A model generated the notes under the pieces. That model was not told the DNA's origin. It was given only the letters and a program-made list of their open reading frames with translations, and did not search any database. This document shows positions 1-11,836 of a stretch of 52,864 nt of DNA, piece after piece (the first letter of the stretch is position 1; each line of letters starts with the position of its first letter). Both the position numbers and the translations under genes were made by a program. Origin of the DNA: Priapulus caudatus (lineage: Eukaryota); NCBI RefSeq assembly GCF_000485595.1, contig NW_014577089.1:1-52864 (forward strand), read 5' to 3'.

Positions 1-800
1 CGCGGATACCTACAACTTCACGCATGCACGAGTAGCCCTAGCTGATTATCCTCGAACGGCAATGCGAATGGTAGATATGCGCGCCGTGCAAACCGTGAAG
101 GACCTGGTTCGTGAAGAGAGGCCAAAAGAGACCCTACCTCGCCCACTGCTAGACGCGACAGAGCCACAACCTCTCTTCAACGGGTACAGCCCGGCAGAAT
201 TGCTGTTCGGTAGACCGTGCGCTACAAAATCTTCCGCAGCATCCGAGCAAACTAAAACCCTCGTGCCGATATAGACATCTCTGCTATAGACAGAAACTAG
301 AGTACCGCCAAAAAGACGGCGGAAATCCGCTGACAGACGCCGTTGCGTGCGAGACAACTCATTGAACTGGTAAGGAGCGGCAGAGACAATGTTGTGGTGT
401 TCGTTGCATAACAGACTGTCGCCGCTAAGCCGTCATGCACAAAGCGGGACCACCGGCGATCGTATGTTGTAGGAGGACTTCATCTTGGGTCGTCCTGAGA
501 TGAAACCGCCAGAAGCTTGTGCAAAAGCGTTAGCCCAGAAATATTGAGCAGGCATTTCGATCGAGAAACCGCCAAGATCGCGAGTACATGCTGAACACCC
601 GCAAGCAGCTTGCCGCATCACCAACTTTGCTGACTGGTTAGTGTCGTGAACAGGACATTCCATCGCCGTAGAACTGACTTCAACGCCACCGAGGACAGTA
701 TCAGTGAACAGTACTGATCGGGACAGCCCTCAAGCCTAGCCAGTATGTGCACTAGCGTCAGCAGAGTGTCCAAACCATGTGTTGAAGCTAGACCTCGTGA
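1..800 (+). mobile_element. Degenerate Ty3/Gypsy-type pol 3' end (integrase C-terminal region), frameshifted
   Basis: Frame 62-274 gives NGYSPAELLFGR, the Gypsy integrase SPAELLFGR motif. Further on are remnants resembling the PRSY..RRNR and TRSGRVSKP..LDL tails. Many indels. Confidence 0.75.
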
Positions 801-1033
801 ACAATCTGTTTAGCAGATGTGGCTTAATGGTGAGAATAGTGTTCAAATAGATTTAGAGTTGATGATGTGTTTAAACTGATAAAGTGTTGATGCGTTAATG
901 TGGTGACATAGCCATTCAATTGTATAGCGGTATTATATAATCTTTGTCCATGGAATGCATCTTTCGGATAATTTCGGACTGTATGCGGAATTCATATCTG
1001 CAAGCAGGCTGCATTATTAGTTTATTTTTCATC

Positions 1034-1265
1034 TAAAATGGGGTATGTTGTATTGATCATAATTAATCTAGTTTTGGTCAACAAGTTATAGCACTGGCAT
1101 GTGCTGCCACCCTAATGGAGCGTTGAGGGAACTAAGATAAACATGGCTGGTTTCTGTTAACTTCAAGGCTTTTGTCCTCGCATTATTCTGTGTCTAATTA
1201 ACGCCCACAAGCTGAAACCTCCTGGAACTCAACACTAAACATACTTCATATCAAAATATAAACAT
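1034..1265 (+). mobile_element. Polypurine-tract-like run and probable 3' LTR of the Gypsy element (LTR end approximate)
   Basis: TAAAATGGGGTA is followed directly by TGTTGTATT at 1046, downstream of the integrase remnant. No second LTR in the window to fix the end. Confidence 0.5.
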
Positions 1266-1709
1266 AATACTAAACAACCTAAAACTACCTCGGGTACATA
1301 TCTGTAGTACCTGATACGACAACGACTCCATCTGCACTACTGACTAGCTTGAGCAGATCAAGGATAGTTTGTGACCCACGCAATATATGTTTTCGCATGT
1401 GCTACACTAATTTGGGGTACTAAACTACGCTTGGGCTGCCTGAGCCAGTACTACTCATTATTGAGTGTACGTGATTACTACAATCTGCTTGTAACCTCGT
1501 GAGGATTAGTCTTTAAAGTGCAATTGCGATTATACCGAAGATGGAGAGAGACGATCGAAGTTGATAAATCCCGCACACCAATTAAATTCACCTTTATACA
1601 AAGATATGACAGAGGGCAAACACATAGCATATACATATAAGCAATGTAATACACATGAAATGTTTCATATATATCAATTTCTATGTAAATTCCTTATTAC
1701 CATCTTCAG

Positions 1710-1931
1710 GAAGAGGTGATGTGTCCAATACCATCCCCTCCAGCAACCAGCCGTACACGACGCTCTACACATGAAGATGAAGCAACGAAGTACCAAGTTG
1801 ATGATGAGGACAGTGATGACAATGGCTGTGAGCAGTTGCTCGGTGGAGTAAAACTAGGCGCTTACGAAGCCCTGATACAGAAGAACATCAACGACAAAAT
1901 GAATGTCCTGCGTAAGCTAGGAATAACAGAT
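1710..1931 (+). CDS. WDR76: WDR76 exon (N-terminal acidic region, YEALIQKNINDKMNVLRKLGI)
   Basis: cttcag acceptor, GAT/gtaggt donor, 222 nt open. Confidence 0.75.
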
Positions 1932-4900
1932 GTAGGTTCATCCATTCAAAAACTACATGACTTAAAGTTCTACTAACATAAAACGTTGTTTTATTGTATC
2001 CCCCGCGACGAAGTCGGCGGGTATACTATGATTTCATGTCTGTCCAGCCGCCGCCGCAGATACTTTCCCTTCCGCTCTATAACTCGACCCCTAATTGACC
2101 TAGCGTCACCAAACATAGTCTACTTACACATCTTGGGGAGAAGGTGCGCCGCGTACCAAAACCAGGTCACTACGACCTTTATTTGACCTTGATCATATTT
2201 CCCTTCCAGTGCTCGAAATAAGAGAAAAAATGTCAATCAAATCGTGTTGTCCGCAACAATTTTTGGTTGTCCCAAAAAATATCCCCAAATCTCCTATTTT
2301 CAATCACATAATAATATGATCAGAAAACACCCAAAAACAGTGGCGTAGCCAGGAATTTTTAACAAGGGGGCCAAAAACAGCGAACTGCGTAAAATAGTGG
2401 ATGACTTAATATTTTACTGGCTCCTCCACCTCCCTCTCCACACCCTACGGCTCCTCTACCTCTCAGTTCTGCAATCTTTGTTTTGGGCGCCATGTGAAAA
2501 GGCGACATTTTTGTTCATTGTTCTCTGCTCCCAAGATATGTAATTGTTCAGTGGCTGGAATATAAACTAACTTTTAGGTGCAGGAAGGAAGGAAATATTT
2601 ACTACCAAAAAAGGTACCAAAACCTCAACAATTTGGTCTGAAACCAAAGAAATTGAGGTACATTATATGTTCTTATATTTGCTATCTTATTTTAAATGTT
2701 TATCTATATGCTGATTTTTTATATACTAATATAGGCTAACATTTGTGATAAAATATTTAGAATAGTGTTTGATTTCATAATTGTAGTATTGCATATAAAT
2801 GTAATTTTAAAAATAGGATTTAAATTATTTATATTACTACTATACCGGTATATAATTAACTTTGAATAGGACTACTACTCTATATATATCCCCATATACC
2901 TATATATATAATTATATATTGTATTTGTTAACAGGATCCATCTTCTGTCTCAGTGTCTGTATAAGTTCAGATAAGAATTTGTTTATCAACATCACATGGC
3001 TGAATTGTTCATTCATGTACAAAGCCATATTACCTTTAAATTCGTAGCAACACTTTTATGATTTCTATTTATATTCATAAAGTTACTGGAGTCTGGTGAG
3101 CAGAGCCATTATATGTGCAATTATCAATTCTTTTAAAAATAATATATCCATGATCTGTCATGTGAGTAAAATAAGTGTGTACAGGGAAACAATTTCCAGC
3201 AAAAATTTGCAATAGCAATGTGCTATACAAAAATAAATTTTGATGCAATCTGGATAATTTATATATAGCAATTTTTTTCAGACAATACAGTTGCAATTTA
3301 TACACACGGCCAGTTGCATGCTTGGCGTTTATCGTGTCTGCCTGCTGAACAGGCACCAGTAGCTTAGACTAGGACAAACTAGCGATTCTGCACGGCTGAC
3401 CCGGCGCGTTTAAACAGCGTGGGCAGTTTGGCACTCGTGGCGCTCGCCAGAATGTCGAGTGAAAATAATATCGGGCCGGCGCGATGTGAAAGCGCATAAG
3501 TGACTCGCCAGTGTGAGGAATTAATAATTGTCTAGAACTTAATCAAAGTGTTGGTTCCTTACGTCATTATCAATTTATCGATTGTGCAAGGGCGTGATAT
3601 CTGACTCCTCGGACCCGCAATCCTCATTTTATATTATCAGAAGGGATCGCGTAAGAAGCAGGCCGACGAGAGCGGCTGCAGCCGCAGCCACAGCGTGGCT
3701 GGATATCGTTGCCTGGGGGCGGGCTTATGATTTGATGTTTTAGGGGGGAGGGGGGAGTGCTGATTGTTAAAAGTCTCGTTGGCGTGGTGGTTAACAAATC
3801 AATTAATCGGCCGTACACGTGGCATTCATTGCGCCGGCAAAGCAGCCCATGAGATAAAGTAAAATTGTAAACTGTAATGTTCCGTTTATCTCGCATGGGC
3901 TGGACATCGACAACTGCGAGTTCATAAACATATGACCGTAGCAAATGGCTGGAAATACATCGCGATTGCGACTGCGACTACGGGAAAATTATTCCCTTGG
4001 TGTAATTTTAATACAGGAAGATGTATAATTAAATCTAACTAATATTTGTAAAAACTAATTAAAATAATGTTAATTAACAATAATTGTTTGATACTGAAAT
4101 ATTCTGATTTTTTATATCAATATAATTATTCAAATTACCATGCACTGCACACAGAATATAATCTGAAATGCTGATATTAGTATGTATTATTAATTATTAA
4201 TTATTATTAATATTATGTTTGCTGTACAGGCCAAAATCACCTGTTATACGAAGAACAAGCTTGCGCATAGCTGGAATGAACCCAGTGGGGGAAAAGCTGC
4301 CTGATAGACCAGGATGGAGCCCTAATTACCAACTGAATGAACCGTTGGTCGATGAACATGTAAGTCATTTGCATAAGCAGGGTGCGAAATTAACGGAAGT
4401 CCGGAGTCAATACCCTGGATTTGTCACTGCCGGACTTCCTGATTTGACTATGCCAGGAGTCCGTGTGATCCTGAAAAATTTGCAGTATACTAACTAGTTC
4501 GCGTTCAGAGCAGGCTCGCCGNNNNNNNNNNNNNNNNNNNNNNNNNNNNNNNNNNNNNNNNNNNNNNNNNNNNNNNNNNNNNNNNNNNNNNNNNNNNNNN
4601 NNNNNNNNNNNNNNNNNNNNNNNNNNNNNNNNNNNNNNNNNNNNNNNNNNNNNNNNNNNNNNNNNNNNNNNNNNNNNNNNNNNNNNNNNNNNNNNNNNNN
4701 NNNNNNNNNNNNNNNNNNNNNNNNNNNNNNNNNNNNNNNNNNNNNNNNNNNNNNNNNNNNNNNNNNNNNNNNNNNNNNNNNNNNNNAATTACCAACTGAA
4801 TGAACCGTTGGTCGATGAACATGTAAGTCATTTGCATAAGCAGGGTGCGAAATTAACGGGAGTCCGGAGTCAAATACTCCCTGATTTACTGCCGGACTCC

Positions 4901-7900
4901 CTGATTTGACATATGCAGGACTCCCTGAAAATTCTGCTATACTAACTAGTTCGTTCCAGAGCACGGCCTCGCCGAATTACCGTATTTTTTCAGCAAATGT
5001 CCAAAGAAAATTTGGCAGACGTGCAACCGCATGAATCTTCAAAATAAGCACATGCATTATTGTTAATATCTTTAATTTTGAACTTCAGACTGGGGACTCC
5101 CTCATTTTGCCGCGGACTCCCTCTTTTTGAGGGCAGGGAGTCCGTTGAACTCCCTTGTTCGAAAGTTATTTTCTACCCCTGCATATGTATCGTACATTGA
5201 CCTTTGCATAAATAAATAGACAGCACTAGGAATCACACAATAAAACTTTTTATGGCAAGAGGCAAGTGCTGCATTGAATCTAATTGGAAATTAGAGTGCA
5301 CTACGGCAAGTTAGGACGGCAGGCAACTGGAACCTGCTGTCACTGCCATGGCAAAATTCTAGCTCTATTCTCATGGGCTGGAAAAATATGTTACGATAAT
5401 AGAAACGTTAAGTGTAGGGCGAGTATAGCATTGATAAATCTGCTCTTATTTTAAGACTACATTTTCCAGGCAATCAATAATTTTATTGCATGCATTTATT
5501 GCATAATGTGTATATATACATGATGTAACATACAATAAAGTATTAAACCAGGAACCCATTCATCCTTGGCATGCTCCTGTATACATGCATGCATAAGTAC
5601 AGTACACTAGGAAGGGATCTATCTGCGCATATATTATAATTGCAGCCTCGTCCACCAGCAGGACCAATCACTATGGCTGATATTAAAAACAAAGACAGCT
5701 CAGAGAATAGTGAAGAGACACTTGCCAGGTTGAAGGGTCTGTGTTCAGGAGAGATCGGGAAATACAACGGATATACAAGTTTGAAAAGGTGATCTTAGAG
5801 ATCAGTGTCCATTAATCGCTATTTTGATGTTGGTGGTGCAAACAGGGAACTTGGATTATTTTTATCTAATTTTTGATAGTTCATTTTTTACATTTCAAGC
5901 ATTTTTTAGAAACGATTTATAATTTTTCTTACGCAATCAGTCAATCGATGTAATGTTAGGCAATACTTTCTGGTGATCGTTACAGTGTTGTGAAATCATT
6001 CCAAGCAATGGCAATCAGTGCTAAGCGGGTAGCCAAAGTTGTACCAGCACGCATCTTCTCAGTGGCTATCCATCCATCTGAACAACAAACACTTGTTTGT
6101 GCTGGAGACAAGTGGGGTCACGTTGGCCTCTGGGATGTGGTATGTGTCGGGATTAAGTAATTTTAATGTGAGTAATAACAGTTGATCCCAGAGTCGTTAT
6201 AATGATGGTTTTTTCTGAATGCTCAAATACAGGTACGTAGTTATTTAAATTATGCATATATATCATATGACATATTGTAGCATTAATGCAAAGCTTCTTT
6301 ATATGTGTATTACAATATAGAATGTATTTGGCATGATATGTCTGCAAACTGTATTAAGTAACTACAGTTACACCTGTGTTAGCTGGCGGCATTGTATTAA
6401 ACTCCTCTATGGAACAGTCCCCTCTCTTTATAGGACGTTTTTGATACGTTGGTGGAATCCACCTTTATAGAATGGATACTTGACAATATAAAGCACTTTT
6501 TGGGTTGGTTTTGGGAGTGACCCTTATGTAAGGGTTTGGCTTTTTTATACTAAATTACTGTAATTATTATAATAAACTATTATATAACAATATTAACTGT
6601 ATTGCTCTAATACAGATTAAAAATGAACTAACAGACTGGATATGATATAGAAGGAACAATTGAATAGTATGCATACATATCTAATCTAATTGCAATCACT
6701 ACACAATCACATCATGACACATGTATAGTAATATTTAACATCTGTATGGGCATCAGTGTTGCTAAATGTATTTATTTTGAACATGTAGGGTTCAAGTCTA
6801 GGCAGTAATGGTGTGCATCTATATGAACCCCATTCAAGGCCAATCTCCTCAATAAAGTTTAATCCTCAAGATACTGGACACCTATATTCTGCAAGTTATG
6901 ATGGAACAGTGAGATATGCTGATCTTGCTAAAGGAGTGTTTAATGAGGTACTCACATAAAATAGAGGCAAATCAACAAACGGGATTAAAATAATGTAATT
7001 AGTATATGCATTTATTATTTGCAAATAATCAGTTTATGCTGAAATGATTACTTCTTATTCAAATGAAGCATTATAGGATTCGATTTGATAATTTTACATG
7101 TCCCTTGGTGAGTTGTGTGATTTATTTGTATGTTCCAGGCATATGTCACTGATGAAGAGGATGACATAATGTGCAGAGATATAGACTTTTCGTCAGCTGA
7201 TACCTTTGTTGTTGCTCTTGGAACCGGAGAATTTTGTTTGGTCGATAGCAGAACACAAGGGTAAGTGGCGAATAATTGTATTTCGAGGTAACATCAAACA
7301 GTTTGAAACCTGCCTGCCTATGTATTTTGTTTATTGTGAATACTACACATAGTTTGTATCTCATAGGTATAAAGCCGAGAAAACCTATGTAGCACACAGC
7401 AAGGGCTTGAGGACTATCTCTGTGCATCCAGTTGACAAGCATTACGTCTTAACATGTTCAGTGGATGGGTAATAATTCATCTCTTTGTGTCCACAAAATG
7501 TGTAATTCCACATAGGAATGTAACATTTATAGAAATGTCGTGGGTATTATTTAATTGTGTCATTTTATGCACATGATTAAGTTAATTTACTGCCAATTAC
7601 TAACATATACATGACCAACTGCTTGCTCTCATGTAACTAAGTTGAACTATTTATTTATTCTCATCGAGATTGTAAGCTAAAATCATAACCAGTCTGCCTC
7701 CTAATTCACGAGCTTTGCTCTTTTTTCCATCAGTAATAGACTTGGAACATCCATAATTGCTATTAAGCAGCAAGCGGAACCTTGAAAGAGCTTCGAATGC
7801 AGGATGCAATTATTATCTTATACCTCCGAAATTTTAGTATGATATATAAACTATAAAGCAATATCTGGCTTAGTTTAGTATGGTAGGGAAAAGCAACTGG

Positions 7901-9654
7901 TCATGTTTTGTCAAGTGAGCAATGTAGATTGGTAGTAAGGTAGCATATTACCAAAACTATATAAGTAATAAATATTATGAGAGTATTAAAGCTGTAAATT
8001 GGTTTTACATTTTTAAATGTGTCATAGTCATATTCCAGCCATCGTTACTTCTAGTACGCATGGTTATAAATCTGCATATATTTTTTTTAAATATGAATCT
8101 TTCATAGTTTTGCAAAGGTATGGGATTTACGTCATATGGGGAAGAAGCCCAACTGCATCGCCTCCCTTCCTCATCCAAGGTCTGTTAGCTCTGCATGTTA
8201 TTCACCAATTACGGGAAAACAAATTCTGACTACCTGCTTGGATAACAGACTCCGAATATATGACACTTCACATTTGGAGGATTCACAGAAAAAGTCACCA
8301 CTTCTACATTCCATCAGGTAAATGAATGCCTTCATTGCAAAGTTTGAAGAAGATACTCATCCTTTATGTGTCTGTTGCCTGTCATAATGTTTACATATAG
8401 TTTGTACATAAAGCATGGTAGAAATCTATATTTTGGAAGAATAATTTCAATGGCGCATGCAGCTGCTAAATCGGTGCAGTTATGGCCGTGCTGCTCATCT
8501 ATATTGGGCATAATTAGAAAGTAACTCAACCATTTGTTTTGCTACTTTTCAGCCACAACAACTACACTGGTCGCTGGTTAACAAGATTTCAGGCTGTGTG
8601 GCATCCAAGCCGGGACGACATGTTCATTGTTGGTAGCATGGATCGTCCGAGAAGGGTATGTGAATTCTTTACTAGATGATTGTCTTATTAAAGCTGGGTT
8701 TACACTATCGATTTTTGTCAGCAAATCGTGCCGATTTCAAGCGACTCCAACTTTGCCCCCGACTTGACCCAAATAGAAGTTGGTGTTGAGCTGTTGTTTA
8801 CACTATCGATTTTTGTCAGCAAATCGTACCGATTAATTTCTTAACGCTAACTTAACTTACCGCTCTATCCAAGCTCACGAGCTATCTTCTCACACGCTAC
8901 CCTCTTCTTATCACGATTCTTGTACTCTACTACTTCTACTTCTACTACGCCGCGAATCAACGCGCCACAAACATTCGTTTTTCTCAAATAAATCTATAAA
9001 TGCCATGGTTTTGTCCGTGTTGTTGGGCGCCGCCATTTTGACTAGGTATCACGTGAAAGTTTTTAAGCCAATTAGATTTATCCAACTCGCCGATTTCACG
9101 AATCCGAATCGAGCAAAATAGAACACGTTCTATTTCGCCAACTCGTCGACTTGTCTCCGACTCCGACACCAACACAATCGAATTTCAGCCCATTGTGTTG
9201 GACGGTGATTGTGTTGCACTTGAAATCGGTACGATTTGCTGACAAAAATCGATAGTGTAAACCCAGCTTAATAGTCGATCGTCTGTTGGGTTTTGCATCA
9301 CAATTGTTTACTTCACTTTGGTGCTACGTGTATGAAAGATGTCTTATCACAATTTTATGTATTGCTAACATTCACTAGCTTACTTCCTTCTTCATTCCAC
9401 TGCCCATTGTATAGCTTTCAACATTTTTAAAAATCTTTACAGTTATCCAGTTTATTCATGGGCGTGGGGATTTTTTAAATGGTTTTATACTTCATTTGTT
9501 TCAGATTGAAGTGTTTGACAACCAGGGGGAGCTAGTGAATACTTTCTCTGATCAAGAGTACCTATGTTCAGTATGCTCTGTCAATGCTTTCCACCCAACA
9601 AGAAATGTGCTTGTTGGTGGAAACTCCAGTGGAAGGTTACATCTGTTCATGTAA
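1710..9654 (+). CDS. WDR76: WD repeat-containing protein 76 (CMR1 homologue), 5'-partial; join(1710-1931,2578-2657,4230-4359,5646-5788,5986-6139,6789-6947,7139-7260,7367-7468,8108-8317,8553-8655,9505-9654)
   Basis: All introns are GT-AG with matching phases. Peptides typical of WDR76: YEALIQKNI, RRTSLRIAG, RIFSVAIHPSEQQTLVCAGDKWGHVGLWDV, SASYDGTVR, HNNYTGRWLTRFQAVWHP, SVNAFHPTRNVLVGGNSSGRLHLFM-stop. Start codon or first exon not located. Confidence 0.93.
1990..2192 (+). mobile_element. Fragment resembling a Helentron-associated / DINE-1-like non-autonomous element
   Basis: T-rich start, GTATCCCCC...GGGTATAC short inverted repeat, GTCTGTCC/GCC microsatellite, TGACCTT motifs. Confidence 0.45.
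2578..2657 (+). CDS. WDR76: WDR76 exon (Lys/Pro-rich linker)
   Basis: ttttag acceptor, AG/gtacat donor; bridges phase 0 to phase 2 as its neighbours require. Confidence 0.7.
4230..4359 (+). CDS. WDR76: WDR76 exon (RRTSLRIAGMNP)
   Basis: gtacag acceptor, CAT/gtaagt donor. Confidence 0.85.
4841..5181. mobile_element. hAT-like MITE (left end also present at 4378 in the duplicate across the gap)
   Basis: Imperfect terminal inverted repeats CAGGGTGCGAAATTAAC / GTTATTTTCTACCCCTG and repeated GGACTCCC/GGGAGTCC subterminal motifs. Target duplication unclear. Confidence 0.55.
5646..5788 (+). CDS. WDR76: WDR76 exon (PRPPAGPITM)
   Basis: ttgcag acceptor, AG/gtgatc donor, phase consistent. Confidence 0.8.
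5986..6139 (+). CDS. WDR76: WDR76 exon (first WD repeat)
   Basis: RIFSVAIHPSEQQTLVCAGDKWGHVGLWDV; AG/GT boundaries. Confidence 0.93.
6365..6560. mobile_element. Possible decayed Tc1/mariner-pogo-like MITE
   Basis: TA-CAGT...ACTG-TA ends; the internal inverted repeat is weak. Confidence 0.3.
6789..6947 (+). CDS. WDR76: WDR76 exon (WD repeat)
   Basis: EPHSRPISSIKFNP..YSASYDGTVRYAD; AG/GT boundaries. Confidence 0.93.
7139..7260 (+). CDS. WDR76: WDR76 exon (WD repeat)
   Basis: ttccag acceptor, GG/gtaagt donor; ends LVDSRT. Confidence 0.88.
7367..7468 (+). CDS. WDR76: WDR76 exon (WD repeat)
   Basis: AHSKGLRTISVHPVDKHYVLTCSVDG. Confidence 0.92.
8108..8317 (+). CDS. WDR76: WDR76 exon (WD repeat)
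   Basis: KVWDLR..HPRSVSSACYSPITGKQILTTCLDNRLRIYD. Confidence 0.93.
8553..8655 (+). CDS. WDR76: WDR76 exon
   Basis: HNNYTGRWLTRFQAVWHP..IVGSM signature. Confidence 0.94.
8692..9268. mobile_element. PIF/Harbinger-like MITE in the last WDR76 intron
   Basis: ~45-bp near-perfect TIR AGCTGGGTTTACACTATCGATTTTTGTCAGCAAATCG..; TAA on both sides (8689-8691, 9269-9271); third internal TIR copy near 8796. Confidence 0.88.
9505..9654 (+). CDS. WDR76: WDR76 last coding exon
   Basis: IEVF..VNAFHPTRNVLVGGNSSGRLHLFM, TAA at 9652-9654. Confidence 0.94.
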   Translation: MEVFDNQGELVNTFSDQEYLCSVCSVNAFHPTRNVLVGGNSSGRLHLFM

Positions 9655-10137
9655 AACACCTTACAGAAGTCTGTGGCTATATGTTGTAAATAATACTGAT
9701 AACCAATGATTGAATTAATGGTGTAACTGAACTGTATGGAAACATCTGTGACAGTTATTTGGCAGAAATTTGTTGATTTGACCAAAATGTTGAAACAGTG
9801 GGTTAGATTATATTTTTTCACACTATAACCTCTACTTTAATATTGATTTTTTTATTGCAAGTCTCACAATTAACTGTGGGTTTAAATAACCATTGCTTAA
9901 TTGACACATATATTATTGCTTAATTATAATTGCAGTGAAGCTATAGAATTTATACACTCTGATATAAGAGTATGGAAATGACTTGGTAACCAAAGTAAAT
10001 AATAGTAAATGTAAGTGAAATATAATGTCTGCAACTTTCCTATTTGACAGATGTTTTTTACATGTGCAAGATTAATGGGCTTGTCAATAGCTAAATTATA
10101 GTTTTATATATTATAGCCTATTGTCTATAATTAAAGA

Positions 10138-10143
10138 AATAAA
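10138..10143 (+). promoter_or_regulatory. Candidate WDR76 polyadenylation signal
   Basis: AATAAA about 480 nt after the stop, with T-rich sequence downstream. Confidence 0.5.
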
Positions 10144-10967
10144 GCATTGTATATAGTATAGATCTTATTTTATAATATAGCTCTTTTCAAACTAAATACT
10201 TCAACCTTATTACTGATTTTTTACTGATTTTTGTTTTAATTTGTAATAGAAGTATAATTCAGTGCTGACCACAACAACAGGAACTTTCTGGTTTGTAGAA
10301 AATGAATCCATTGCACAGACTACATGTGTGTGTTTAGTTTGTAAGGTGTTTAGCCATCCTGCCCAATCTGCAGCAGTCTACCAGTCTCAGAGAGCATGGG
10401 TCATGGTGGTTGCTTCCTTTTACAGCTTGTCCTGAACACATATGGTAACTGATGTGCATACTGCAAAATTTCTCCTTTCCAGTAAACTCCAGCATTTTCT
10501 GTTTAAAATTTCACTAGCTACATTATATAAAAACTAAATTAGTAATAACAAAATATTATACAGGTACAACAATATACATAGCAATTGCTTTATTACTTTG
10601 TAATTTTGTTGACTTCCATCGGAACTAAATTTTAACTGTAAAGTGGTATATAGTAACGTCAATACAGTATATATACATCACTGGTTTCATATTTTGCAGT
10701 CATAATTATATCATAGAATGGGTGTCGAGCCATTCTTTTTTATGTCACTTTTAAGAGCATGCGTAAGATATTGTCTCTACGTATTTATAAGTGACAAAAC
10801 TACACAATGAGAACTAGTTCAACATACCTCTACCTCATGTCTACCTCTACAATACTAGCTCATCATTATTTTATGGTTATATGCATTTATACTATGATAC
10901 TCTATTTCCATTAAATCAAGAGCTAATGATACCCATCATTGGCTCTTGATTGAATGCACATCAATAA

Positions 10968-11836
10968 CTATTCACCATCAACATGTGCTCGTGTACTCCG
11001 TTGCTTCTTCTTTGTTGGCTTAAACACAATACCAGATGTGGGCTCTTCAGTTAATTTACATTCTATCGTAGAAACATCACTTATGTTTACTGATGTTTCA
11101 AGGGAAGACATTTCAATGTGTGCCACCTCCTCAAGTGTACCATCTGAAGAGGTTTTTGTGGTCAGACCAGCTTTGGACTCTGCATCTAAGTTTACCTCTT
11201 GTTTGTCTTGTTGTTCAAAACTTTCCTGCAAGTAGTTTATTCCTACTGCATCACATGCAGCTCTACTTTCTGATGGTACAGGTTTGGGTTTGTGGTGCTT
11301 GGTTCGACCAACCACGCACTGTGGCATGATAATCTTCCCAGAGCCTTCAGATGTGATATTAGATGACGGTTCATTGTCCCCATAATCTGCACTACATTCG
11401 GTCAGTTTTCTCTTACTAAATGAATGTCCTCCAACTAGTTCACTTTTCGTGTGAGTATCAGGATTCTTTAATTTTCGTTGCTCTTCCAGAAAGCCAAGTG
11501 CAGCTGACGTATTTGTAGCTTCTGACATATCATTGTTAGAGACATCGGCTAAAGAGTAGCAAGTCCATTTCTTGGGCTCCTTTTTAAAACCCGGGGCATT
11601 TCGTGATCTAGGTGCCCTGCCATGTGGACTTAGAAATCCACTCGGCCCGGAGCTTCCTAGTTGAGGGAACTCTGGCTCTGGCTTCAACAGCGAGTCATCT
11701 TTTTCCCGTGACGATTCTACCTGCTTGTGTTTGTCTTCCAGTTCTTGAAGGCAGCCAAAGACATCAGTGGTACGTGACAAGAACTTGTCATCTGCTGAGG
11801 GCAAGCTGTATACCTTGGCTTCCTCTTGTTCTTCTT
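10968..11836 (-). CDS. TSSC4: TSSC4 (U5 snRNP chaperone), main/last coding exon; upstream start exon not identified
   Basis: YSLPSADDKFLSRTTDVFGCL and PGFKKEPKKWTCYSLADVS..SEATNTSAALGFL match the two conserved TSSC4 blocks; ends VFKPTKKKQRSTR. Acceptor ttttgtaactag at 11837. Confidence 0.9.

Noticed and set aside
4494..4964. ORFs running through N-gaps (also 29215-30072)
   Set aside because: Open only because N codons are not stops.
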